Positions 22,679-32,974 of a stretch of 64,000 bases of DNA are shown here, in pieces (position 1 is the first letter of the stretch; every line of letters starts with the position of its first letter). Source of the stretch: Lingula anatina (lineage: Eukaryota > Animalia > Brachiopoda); contig CM120640.1 of the NCBI GenBank assembly GCA_051362555.1, positions 58,630,788 to 58,694,787 of the forward strand, written 5' to 3'. A program made the position numbers and the translations under genes. The notes below the pieces were generated by a model. That model had not been told where the DNA came from, ran no database searches, and saw nothing but the letters and a program-made list of their open reading frames with translations.

Positions 22679-25600
22679 GTGAATGATTTAAAAATTAGTA
22701 AGGAAGGGCTTTGATAAATCAAATGTGTCTGTTATAAATTCTACTGTATATTTTGGGGTTTCAGGTAGCTTTGACCAGAAGAATGACTTTGAACACAACA
22801 CCACCTCCTCAGTGTAGATTGGAAATTAGTTCATTTGGAATTAAAATGATTGTCAAAACAAAGTCAAAAGATAAGGTAAGTATTTATTGAAAGATATTTA
22901 GTTTGATTTTAGGATATTCAAAATAATTTTCAAGATTAATGACTGTCAGCAGACATATCTCTTGCTTTTCATTTATGTAGAGAAAAAGGCTTTATTTGTT
23001 GTACAAGATATAAATTAGTGTCTGAAGGTGTTTGAATGAAGTTTAGTCAAAAAAGTTAATTTCGTATTAGCTATGCATGTCATCTCTCATTTGATACCAT
23101 TCAGTTCATCCCATATCTCCCCACTTTAATTATGTGCATAATGTCATAGATTTTCCCACTATTTAGGCTACATGTATGATCCATTCCTAAGACACATTTT
23201 ACCTTTACTTTATGAAAAGTACGTAAAAATGTTTAACCATTTTAAACTGGTAAGAATAATGATGAAAGAGCATGTTGTTTGAGATGTGACAAATATCCTT
23301 GCAAAAACAGTTTTTTAAATACAGGGACAGTAAATGGGGTTTACGTGACAAATACAACAAGCATGTTTCCTCTGTTCCTCACAATTTTTTTGAGTAGTTA
23401 AAATTCTATCACATTCCACCTTCAAAGTGCCCAGTAGCTTAACATAATCAAGACCTACTTTTTATACTTGGTTGAGAAAACAGTTATGTTCATCCCTTGC
23501 GGATTGTAATTTAAGCATGGATAATAATTTCATAATCAAGAAAAATATTTAATAATACTTTTGAGATATAAATAAAGAATATATAAAATGATCAAGAGGA
23601 ACATTTAAGGCAAAACATCTCATGTACTGTCCCTTTTATAAATGTGGTTAGATAATTGGAATTTTTTTAATGCGCAAAGGGAAGATTGCTGGTTATATTG
23701 AACTGTTTGAGACTAATGGGGAACATGGGTTTATATGGACATTGATAGTGTTTGCATCAGTTCCTTAACTGGTGATGGCAGTAACAGGAATCGGTATTAT
23801 TAGCATTCTAATGAAATTTTAGAATAATGCATTGGTATGTTTGGCATGAAAGTGTTTTTTTTTTCTTATTTTTGTGAAAACAGCCATTTGAAAATGTTTA
23901 TGTACATGCTCATTTGTGTCTGTACATATAGCTGTCACATGCATCTGTTGTCGACATGGCCATCTTTGCCATCGCTGTCCAGTGATAACATGATAAGTAG
24001 AAAACCTTTGTATCTTTTGTCTTCAAACTTCTGGAACTGATGAATATTTTTGAAATATAGGTCGAGTTTGAAAATCAGCATGATCAAGCCAATTTTTTCA
24101 AAAGTGATGCTGTTTTTTGCTTTTTTTCAGCATATATGCAATACTGATAACACATTTCAAGGAAAAATGATAGACCTATTGTGTCTTGAAACTCAGAGGA
24201 GTGATCAGTCTTGCTGAAATACAGGTTGAGTTCAAGAATCAGCTTGATTGGACCATTTTTACCTCTGCCAAGGAGGTTGTTTTTACCCCTGTTTGTTTGT
24301 CTGTCTGTCTGTCTGTTTGTCATCAACATAACTCAAAAAGTTATAGATGAATTTCGATGGTATTTTCAGGGTAGGTCAGAAATGGGTTAACTTAGAAATG
24401 ATTAGTTTTTGGTGGTGATCTGGATCAATAATCAGTCAATAATCAAAAAACAAAAAACTAAGTTATGGACCGATTTTGATGAAATTTTCAGGAACTGTCA
24501 GAAGTGGGCCAAGGAACAGATGATTAGTTTTTGGTGGTGATATGGATCAATAATCAATAATAAAAAAACTAAATCATTTTAGAATGAAAATTTAAGGGTG
24601 AAACAGCATTGGGTGGAGACTTTGCTGCCTTGGTGGAGGTCTACACTCTCGGAGTGCTTTTCTAGTTACAAAAGTTAAGCCCCTTTTCCTCTATTTTTTG
24701 GCAAATTATGTGAAATCCGTATTATTTTTTGCTTTGAAACGTACAGGATCAATGTAAAGGAATAATGTTCATTTCAAGTTCAAAATTTATCTTGATTGGT
24801 TTAGTTTTGTTGAAGTTATGCCTTTTTTGATGTAAGTGGTTACTCCTCAGATCCAGTTCTTAGGCATTTTTCATTTTTCTCATTCTGATTTTTTCAAGTG
24901 TGAATTTGAACTTTCATGGGCCTGAAGCCTTAAGGTAGTTACACAATTTACTAACATCTGTATTGCCTATTGTGCATAATTGTATTTTCCCCCCATGATT
25001 TTGTTATAAATTGTAATTTTCAACAAAAAATTAAGAACTTTTGTTTACTGCATTATGTGGAGTTTGTCAAGCACAACACTGGAGGTGGTGTCTTTTTTTT
25101 TTCATACGATGTGCTTACTCCAAGCGGTGTTACAATACCTGGAGGTGGTATCGCCTCTTTGTTCCACTAGTTTTTAATAGATTTCTTGAATCTTATCACA
25201 GATGAACTATGTTTAAGAAATAAAGATAATTCACATAAAAAAAGACTTTCAAAAGAATTCATCACTTTTTGTTATTTCATTACAGCGATCTGAATGTTGC
25301 CTATAAATTTGTATCCACAAAAGAAGTCATCATTTAAGATTTGATTTCAGGCCAAGGAAAAAGAATCTCTTTCTTCTTCCCTCTCAAGCCTTAGAAGTTC
25401 TTTCAGGAAGAAACTTGGGAAGGTGTTGGGAAATAAGGTGCATGGTCCTTGCTTTGGTTTGGCTTGCTTTTCATTTAATTCAGAATTTTGTTCTACCCTC
25501 ATTATGGTGTTTGCATTTTAGTCTTAAGTGTGCATCAAGATGGTTTTGTTCTCGGCATGGTAATTCATGTTGATTATTAGGTGAACACTTTTGTATGTTT

Positions 25601-26407
25601 GTTATTGATTAGATTAATAGTAAGATTTGATATGTTTTCTTTAGTAAAAAGAAATAAAAGCATATTTATTATAAATATAATTACTTCTCCAAATTTTTTA
25701 TTACTGAATGATGTTTTGTACAAGGTAGATGAAGTTTATGCTTGTTTAACATTATATCTTGCACTTCCCACAAAATAACTTTTTTTTGTATCTAGGACAA
25801 GTCAGGAAATGCCCATTTTTTCTCATTGAAGAATGTCTCATTCTGTGGATTTCATCCAAAGAACCAAAAGTAAGTGTTGTGTGTGTAGTATTCCAGTTTT
25901 CTGTGGTCACATCAAAACCTATACTCTTGAGGAACATCATTAAATATAAAACTTAATAATGTATTTAGATATGTAGAATGATCCCCATACTTTTCCCCCC
26001 ATTTATAGGTATTTTGGGTTTATCACCAAGCACCCGACAGAAGGTCGCTTTGCTTGCCATGTCTACATTGGTGAGACGTCAACAAAACCAGTCGCAGAAG
26101 CTGTTGGGTAACGTTGAATTTTATGCAAAATTATTTGGCCTTTTAACATGTATATCAACAATGACAAAAATAAATTAATAGACTTTTTAATATATATTTT
26201 AAGGGATTTAAATACTTTTTACTATTTTGCACATGGAGGCAGAGCAATGTGTACATGTACGTTAGTATTTACAGGTCTTTAAGTGTCTGCTGTGTAATAG
26301 TGCAATACACAAAATATAATTGTCTCTTTTGCAGGGATGCCTTCAAGAGATTTTACCAGGAATATATGGCTTATTCACACCCTACAGAAGATATTTATTT
26401 AGAATGA
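5823..26407 (+). CDS. MAPK8IP1: JNK-interacting protein 1 / APLIP1-like scaffold (SH3 + PTB domain, C-terminal kinesin light-chain motif)
   Basis: Exons: 5823-5896 (best candidate first exon, phase 2), 10618-11011 (RLTHDVS), 12140-12317 (KPRRLPQIP), 20933-21295, 21496-21654 ([37 protein letters not shown]3), 22004-22087 ([11 protein letters not shown]), 22326-22429 ([22 protein letters not shown]), 22765-22875, optional 25351-25437, 25796-25869 ([16 protein letters not shown]), 26009-26107 ([15 protein letters not shown]), 26335-26407 ([22 protein letters not shown]). All junction phases are consistent, and the C-terminal PTEDIYLE is the JIP1 hallmark. Confidence 0.93.
6332..6552. mobile_element. 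PIF/Harbinger-like MITE
   Basis: TIRs CCCCCTTTACACAGGACGGCATCC / GGACGCCGTCCAGTGTAAAGGGGG. The TSD is degenerate. Confidence 0.6.
7547..7570. promoter_or_regulatory. CRE palindrome (TGACGTCA) plus inverted CCAAT box, candidate alternative JIP1 promoter
   Basis: Perfect TGACGTCA at 7547-7554 and ATTGG at ~7567, upstream of a CpG-containing stretch that ends in a strong donor (aa|GTAAGT, ~8005). Confidence 0.35.
8096..8319. mobile_element. hAT-like MITE with 5-bp TSD and internal poly-C tract
   Basis: GTAAC|CAGGCCCGTAGCC ... GGCTACGGGCCTG|GTAAC, with a ~60-nt C run at ~8246-8306. Confidence 0.8.
9897..9974. repeat. (TA)n microsatellite
   Basis: About 39 uninterrupted TA units. Confidence 0.95.
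11139..11287. repeat. (TA)n microsatellite bracketed by a perfect 20-bp inverted repeat
   Basis: TGAATTCATGTTCTATCATA-(TA)~45-...-TATGATAGAACATGAATTCA. Confidence 0.85.
13472..16660. mobile_element. Tc1/mariner(pogo)-like non-autonomous element (TA TSD)
   Basis: TA|CGGTAAAGTGCCATGAATTTCGAAC ... GTTCGAAATTCATGGCACATTACCG|TA, with repeated subterminal ATGAATTTCG motifs and internal repeats (gctcagatcg..ctgacgatct at ~13970, 15533 and 15613). The interior is CpG-rich and no transposase was recognised. Confidence 0.8.
16923..19056 (-). mobile_element. hAT-like deletion derivative with 7-bp TSD and transposase remnants
   Basis: CATATGC|CAGGGTTGGAAA ... TTTCCAACTCTG|CATATGC. The minus strand at ~18085-17730 reads [33 protein letters not shown]...W, like the hATC dimerisation domain. 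The plus strand at 18325-18606 reads [17 protein letters not shown], like a TTF zinc finger. A ~105-bp subterminal direct repeat lies at 18670-18865. Confidence 0.78.
19962..20815 (+). mobile_element. HINE family 1, 3'-truncated diverged copy
   Basis: 5' hairpin taccaccagcgtgtacactggcagtac, a body homologous to 45026-45760 and 51696-52460, and one partial 146-bp monomer at ~20735-20815. Confidence 0.75.
21330..21446 (+). mobile_element. 3' terminal module of HINE family 2
   Basis: gcacttttt..ctgaacatttgtcagctttgctgcc..cctgtatggtgtctgtatatttgccagctttgctgtcaagt, matching 53770-53873. Confidence 0.65.
21871..21957. repeat. (GT)n microsatellite
   Basis: About 43 GT units. Confidence 0.95.
22616..22678. 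repeat. (TTA)n microsatellite
   Basis: About 21 TTA units. Confidence 0.95.
24256..24667 (+). mobile_element. HINE family 3 (Helentron-like) complete short copy inserted in a T-run of a family-2 fragment
   Basis: TTTTACCTCTGCCAAGGAGGT, then (TTTG/TCTG)n, two ~120-bp internal repeats, and CCTTGGTGGAGGT..CACTCTCGGAGTG hairpin-CTAGTT. The flanks rejoin as gaccattttt|acaaaagtta (compare 12665). Confidence 0.75.
24990..25172 (+). mobile_element. 3' module of HINE family 1 within family-2 sequence
   Basis: …gcttactccaagcggtgttacaatacctggaggtggtatcgcctc…ccactagtt. Confidence 0.6.
25351..25437 (+). CDS. Candidate in-frame cassette exon inside the JIP1 PTB domain
   Basis: tttcag| 87 bp, phase 0/0, no stop, [29 protein letters not shown] |gtgcat. 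It lies between PTB exons 22765-22875 and 25796-25869. Confidence 0.55.
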
Positions 26408-27799
26408 AATGATAAATTGATCAACTGGAACTTCATGGCCCATAAGGAAGATATGGACCTTTTATCAAACTTTTAAGTAGCCACGTTCCCTCTCCCTCTC
26501 CCCCAAGCTTGAACTAAGGCATGAATAGTTGCATTACCTCTTTCAAGAATGTCTATAAAATGTTGTTGTTGAATTATCATTTGATTTACCTTGAACTCAG
26601 TGTTATATTCAGTTTGTGTAAGAACAATAGGCGGAGTTTACTTTTCACGGGTAGGATATAATTGTACCACAACATTTTCTCATAAACGCAGTGTATTCCT
26701 ATAATTTACTTTTACAAAGAGAGTCAACAGGCATCTATTTACTTTTGCAAAGAGAATCAACAGGCATCTGCTTGTTGCTTACATTTTCAATTTCTTTAAT
26801 CAAGTGATATACATCTCTGGACAAATTTGAAATGAACACAAAACTTAAAGTCAGTGCTCAAAAACCTCTATTTATACCATGAAACAGTTGTTAATTAGTT
26901 GCTTTAAATTTTTAATAAAATTTAAAATGAAATGAAGTTGCCCTTCATTGTAAGGATACTATTTAAGGTAGTGTTGCTTATGTTTTTCTGTTGCACATTT
27001 GGAGCAAATTTGCCTTGAAACTCGCATATACATATCCCTAATATTTTGTTGGAAAATACTCTTTTAAAGCATCACAGATAAAAAAAAATTATGAATAGTA
27101 AAAGTTATTAAAAAATAACATATCATAGTGTAGAGAGATGTTTGCAGTGCATTATAAAGCATTCATCTGTTGAATATAAAGACTTATTGTATGATGGTTA
27201 TATGATACTTTAATGCATTTTCCTTTCTTTCATTAGGTCTTGGTATGTCTATTACTGATTTTTTATAGTGAGCAATTTATCATGAATCATGAAAGTACAG
27301 TTCCTTATGTTTAGGCTTATTTCACATGCAAATCCTCTTGGTTGATCTGCATATCATTTTTTCTGAAATATTTTACCATTTTACACAATTTGGTGGCTTT
27401 TAGTCACTTTTTTCCATATAAAAACATGATATTATAACATTCTCTTAAACAAGGTTTGTTCCATATATTATGGAGAGTCCATTTTTTATTTATATTTTAA
27501 CAACTGCTTACTACACATGGTGTTTGGTTACTTATGTGCAAATCTTGCCAATATTAAATATTTATTTATGAAGTGGTAATTACTTGTCTTTCAACATAAT
27601 TGTATAATTCTTTATCAAATTTAATATATAAGAATTTAATATTTACACTTCAAATTATGATATGTGATATAGAAGCAAACAAAGAGTGAATATTAATCAC
27701 ATAATGGACACTCGCCTACAGATTGTATGAACACCAAGGTGATATATATATATATCCAACAAACTTCATCAAGAAACAACAAATTGTTGCCTTTGTAGT

Positions 27800-28110
27800 G
27801 TTCCATGTAAGTGCAGTTCAATGCCTGTAGATGTAGGCCCCCTCCTTGATCCCTCTATAGAACCAATCGTCCTTCATGTCAAAAGAATAGTGTAGTCCTT
27901 GAGAGGTCTAAATATGGCAGAATCAAACATACTCCCATGGCTTGGAAGTCTGTGTTGTGTCATCCTGTTCTTAAGAGATTTTGTTTCATGACAACTTGTG
28001 TATAATGTATCATCTACAAACTGGGGAGAACATCCGCTCAGTTTCCAAACATTCCAGAGCTCACGAGTGTCCAACATGTGATTACATTTTCATTCTTTGC
28101 ACAGCTGGAT
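27800..28110 (-). pseudogene. Degenerate Penelope-like element GIY-YIG endonuclease fragment
   Basis: The minus strand reads, with frameshifts and stops, VYIFE*SSC...ETKSLKNRMTQHRLPSHGSMFDSAIFRPLKD...DDWFYRGIKEGAYIY. This matches the recalled Penelope EN pattern ETxxxLxxRxxQHRRxSxxGxxSAVxxHLK...WFxRGIKEAIYI. Confidence 0.65.
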
Positions 28111-29706
28111 CACTCAAATATATACACCCAAAGGTTATATTATAGCATAATAATTAATTTTAACTGGAAAAAAAATTAAAACATGCAAATTTGGATTGTG
28201 TTTTTGTGTCAGATGGGGAAGTACCAGACATCTCAGATATTATACAGACTTGCAACAGATTCAACTTAGAGTATTTATTTTGTTAGTCCTTTCAATATAG
28301 TTTTACAACTCATTTAACAAACATTTATCGTTTTAGCAGTTTTATTTTTAGAAATGATCAACGTGTTGTGCCAAAGACTTAAGTGTTTACTTATATTTAC
28401 AATTGTTATCAATTTAACTTACGTTTATCTCTGTATTACTAAATGGTGCTCTCTCTATAATCTGTAACTTACATATAAGTCTTTCTTAGTTTTGCATGGT
28501 TTATCATGATAAAATTAACTTTTTTTTACTGCTTAATAGCATTAGCATAGACATTCCATGTATAGCTATTAATTCTAACTAAGATTTTATGGTACACCTT
28601 GAAGGCAACAACCTGAAGAAAGGTATGACAATGTATGCAATGTTAATAAATCAGTCTGTGTTAGGTAGAAGTTCAAGGTGTGCAGGTTGTAAAGTATGCT
28701 GCTTTCTGAAATAAGTCAAACAGAGTAATAGAAAGGGTGAATGCATGGAATTGACAAAATACATCATGGAATAAAATATCATTCACAACCGCCATCTTGT
28801 TGCTTTGTTTTTTGTTGGTTGACTCAAAGAAGTTTTCAAAGGATTTTTCTTCGTTAGAATTAGGCAAACTGTTTGTTATCTACAACATAGGACATCAAAG
28901 TACCATAAAAACAGGAAAAGTCCATTGGTATTGGATGCAATTAAAGCATTCATGTGGTGTTCATGACAAATTGAACTAGCTCTTTTCGTTTCATAGGTGG
29001 AAAGAATTTGTATTTGGCAAGCCATAATGGCAATGCCTGTAAAATGCACTTACTGATCCAAAAATGATGTGACCATCAAATACAACAGGAACATGTTAGT
29101 TTTTGAAATTTGAATAGCAGTTATTAGTTTCACCATGTGATGGGAGAGAGTATATAGTATATACAGAGTGCTACAGTAAGGCTGCAAATCCTAGGTACCT
29201 TCTATGTTAGTTGAAACAAGCAGAAACCAACTTTTACAATACCTTGGGAAAGAGATGGAAGTCAAGAACATTAAATTTACTAGCAATTGGCAAGAAAAAA
29301 ATGCAATTACTGGTTTAATGCCTGTATTCCATGTATTTTACAAACATATATAACAAATATTTACAACACCTATTAACAATGCCCTCAGATCTATACATTT
29401 TACATAATCAATTGATGTCATGGTGCCAAAAGACGATGAAATATTCATTCTGAAATGAATTAAAATATAATTTCAATCAAATGTTGACATTTTTAAAATT
29501 TGACATTTAAAAACAGAATGAAAATATTTTACCTTTGAAATACATACAAGGAAGTCACTTATAAGAAAAGTAATGAAACATTTACTTGACACTTGTACAT
29601 AATTTACCAATTGCAGTAATTTTTAATATCTATCATGGAATTCCCTAATTCTAAAACAATATTCAGTATTAACTAATGATGCCACAATGATAAAAAACAG
29701 AGATAG

Positions 29707-32010
29707 TTAATTCAACATTGTATGTTTGTCAAATATGTTTTTCCTTTGTTCTTGAACTGTTCCTTTCCATCTTTCCTGAGTATCTCTGACTCGGGTAACA
29801 ATAGTCTTTGAGCCTATGCGGTCCCTAGACTGCCTAGGTGTTGTTATCTCATCTTGGTCATCCTTAAATAAAAATAATATAAAAATGCATTAAGAAGAAA
29901 GAAAAAATAATTAAATATATATATAATAATAACTGAAATGCTAATTTAATTTATTTTAGATTTTCTTCTTAAAAAAAAAAAACACTACCTTTGTCATCTA
30001 CCTATTTCTGCACTTGGCTAATATTTCATGATAGAAGTTAATGTGACTTTCATTACTAGTCTATTGCATTCTGAATTGATCTTTTTAAGTTAAAATATTA
30101 GAACACAATTTATCTAGCAAATATGTTAAGAAGCATAAAAGAAGATTCAAAGTGTAACAATTTGCCAACAAATTTCATCCACTAGTGCAAATGTCTTATT
30201 ATTAGTGCACTGACAAAATGAAATAAAAATATGACTAGACAATATATCTGTCACTTTTTAAAATTAAAAAACAAACATAAACAGTGCAAAACAATGCAGG
30301 GTAAAAATATACAGCCAAATTCATGCTAAACATGTTTTAACATTAATACAAAGATTCACCCATAAAAATGGGATTATTAGTGAAAATTGTAAAGATATCA
30401 GTGCACACAGGTGGGTGTTTTCAAGAGAATTCACGGCAAACCTTAGGTCCAGAAAGGACAACTGTTCAGATGCAGCAGGCTCTGTTTAAAGGTGTGAATT
30501 AGAAGCAGATGGAGTCAGTAAACAAAGTTCTTTTCTCATATTATAAACATAAACTGTTACTATACTTAATAAAACCAGCAAAGGGTCCTTTCACAATAAA
30601 GTTCATTTGGACATACTGCTATAATACACCGACACCCATATGAACCCTTCCCTCCCACTTGTAGTTTCCCTATCTCTTCAGTCTATAAAATGTACATTTT
30701 GAACTTAATATACTTCTGAGATTATTGTTTCCAAGTGACAAATAACTGTGCAGTCAACATAAGCATTTAAAGTATATCTAGTACCTGCACTGGTACAAAT
30801 AAAGTAATACAAATAATTAAAACAATTAAAAGAATTTTTAAAAAGTTCACTGACTCCAATGGGTTACTCATGCAAGAAGCAGCAAGCCAGATAGTTACCA
30901 AACTAATATTCACCACCTCATTCTTATGTTGCTGGTATAAACGTTTCCTTCTGTTCATCAAAGGATCAAGTAACAGTAGGAAAAGCATGTATATGACCAG
31001 AAGTGATAATGCCACTATAATCAGCACCACCAACACCTGTGGATATTAGAATAATCTAGTATTACTATGATGATTTTCTTAGCATACTTTACAGCATACT
31101 AATCTCATACTAAGTATGTGCTATATCATGCCATGGGTTTTTCATTGTATTAGTTTAATCTACAAGGGTCTATATACAATGAGATTGCAGGGAGCCTAAA
31201 TCTAAGAACAAGTGTTATTCAGAGGGCATGTTTTGGATGAAATGAAATGAACAGAAAACCAACATGTTACTGCATGTAAACTCAGCACCTAAGTCAGAAA
31301 TTTTGGTTTCTTTTAACCAAAACAGGCCCAAGAAAAAACACATATATATAAAGGATTTCCCCATGCCAGGTAATAACTAAAAGCCTTCTTTTGATATTTC
31401 TGGCACCTGGTATTGCTCATATTGTGTTCTTTTTCTCACAATGGTCATCACAGGGTCCAGTATGAGCAAAAACAGCATATAAATCCCCAGCATTAACACG
31501 ATCACTATGATCAGATTTACAATCACCTAAAACATATAATGCTATCATCATCAGTTCCAAATGTTAACTACTTTGTTTACCAAAACATGATACTTCCTTG
31601 TAAATCTTAAATATTAAGTTTGTCTCTTCTTAATACTATTTCAATACAAAAAACATCACTTTAAGTATTTTCTTTGAGCCCTTCAATATTTTTCCAATAC
31701 CAAATACCTTTATAGTTGTAGTGTTACGTCTCTGATATTTGCAGTCACATCTGAAGCAGAAACCAGCATCAATCTCCTTTATAGTGGGTTTCACTACATA
31801 TTCACATGTACTGAAATGAACATCAAAATATCCCACATAAACCGTTTGTTAGCAGCAGTGACTACATATTATCTGACAAACAAACAAAAATCATTTACTA
31901 CTATGCACAAATTTCCTATAATAACTTTCTTAAAATGTCAATCAAGGCAACTAAGCAATAACAGCTGCACTTAATACAAAATACACATATAATATAAAAT
32001 TGACTTAACC

Positions 32011-32043
<33 letters not shown>

Positions 32044-32632
32044 GATAATGTGCATATAAATACATTTTAATTTAAAGATGTGATGCTACTACATGTCTTG
32101 AAATAATTTCAACATCTCAAGCATTTCATGGGAAGTAACAGACATAAATGTTCAGGATTATTTCAATGTAGATAATATACAAACCACTCTTCTGGATTAG
32201 CATCCACATTGTGATATACATTTTGCTTGTTTGTTGTGGTGTTTTCAGATCTATCTGGGCAAACACATTTACACCTGATGTCCCCTTGTGCCTGTAAAAT
32301 TGTTCCATATTAGATAAAAGGCAGGTGACAGTCAATGACAAATGACATAAAAAGATATTTACATTAATATTGAGTATTTCAAACGCCTCAAAATACAGAA
32401 ATTAAAAGTATATATTACTCAAATTCATTTTTTGTTTACTACCATTGTTTAAAACTAAATAAAAAATGCCAACAATTAACTATGTACTACATGCAATACT
32501 CGTCTCGTTGTCATTTTGTCAAGTCACAGCGGTCTTCAACATTTTCAGACTTACCGTTACTGTTGGAATTGTTGTACATAAAACGCCCACAAATATTAGA
32601 AAGGTATAGCTAAAACCTTTCTTCCAATCCAT
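29707..32632 (-). CDS. TMEM9: TMEM9 family protein (V-ATPase assembly regulator TMEM9/TMEM9B-like)
   Basis: Exons: 32632-32555 (signal peptide MDWKKGFSYTFLIFVGVLCTTIPTVT), 32291-32185 (DIRCKCVCP), 31810-31708 (CTCEYVVKP..FCFRCDCKYQRRNTTTIK), 31036-30914 or 30917 (TM: VLVVLIIVALSLLVIYMLFLLLLDPL), 29862-29707 (VRDTQERWKGTVQEQRKNIFDKHTMLN*). Phases are consistent and all TMEM9 hallmark motifs are present. Confidence 0.92.
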
Positions 32633-32974
32633 TTTATAATCCTTCAAGTTATAAACAAATCTGTAACGTACATTATGCAGCAAACGTATGTTTTAAATTT
32701 TGATAAATTCTTATTTAATCTGGATCACAGCAACATCATCGTAGGATCTTTGAGGAAGTTGGGTCACATGAGCAATATCATCAATGGGTACTAAAGTTTA
32801 CAGCACTCATAATATTTATTTGATTAATTTTATGCATATTAAGTCCCATATTTTTAATATTATTGCATAAGTAATACTTTTCTATCATGTAAAATCTTAT
32901 ATCACAATAAATGAAAACGTGAGAACTTTGATATTTTTCCGATGCCCATTTCCGGCAAGCTAATAACACGTGAA
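32633..32974. promoter_or_regulatory. Putative bidirectional promoter between TMEM9-like (-) and WDR77 (+)
   Basis: 342 bp between divergent ATGs, with an ETS-like TTCCGG (~32950) and an E-box CACGTG (32967-32972) just before the WDR77 ATG. Confidence 0.55.

Noticed and set aside
25286-25306. Possible alternative terminal JIP1 exon RSECCL*
   Set aside because: The acceptor is plausible, but a 6-codon frame arises easily by chance and has no independent support.
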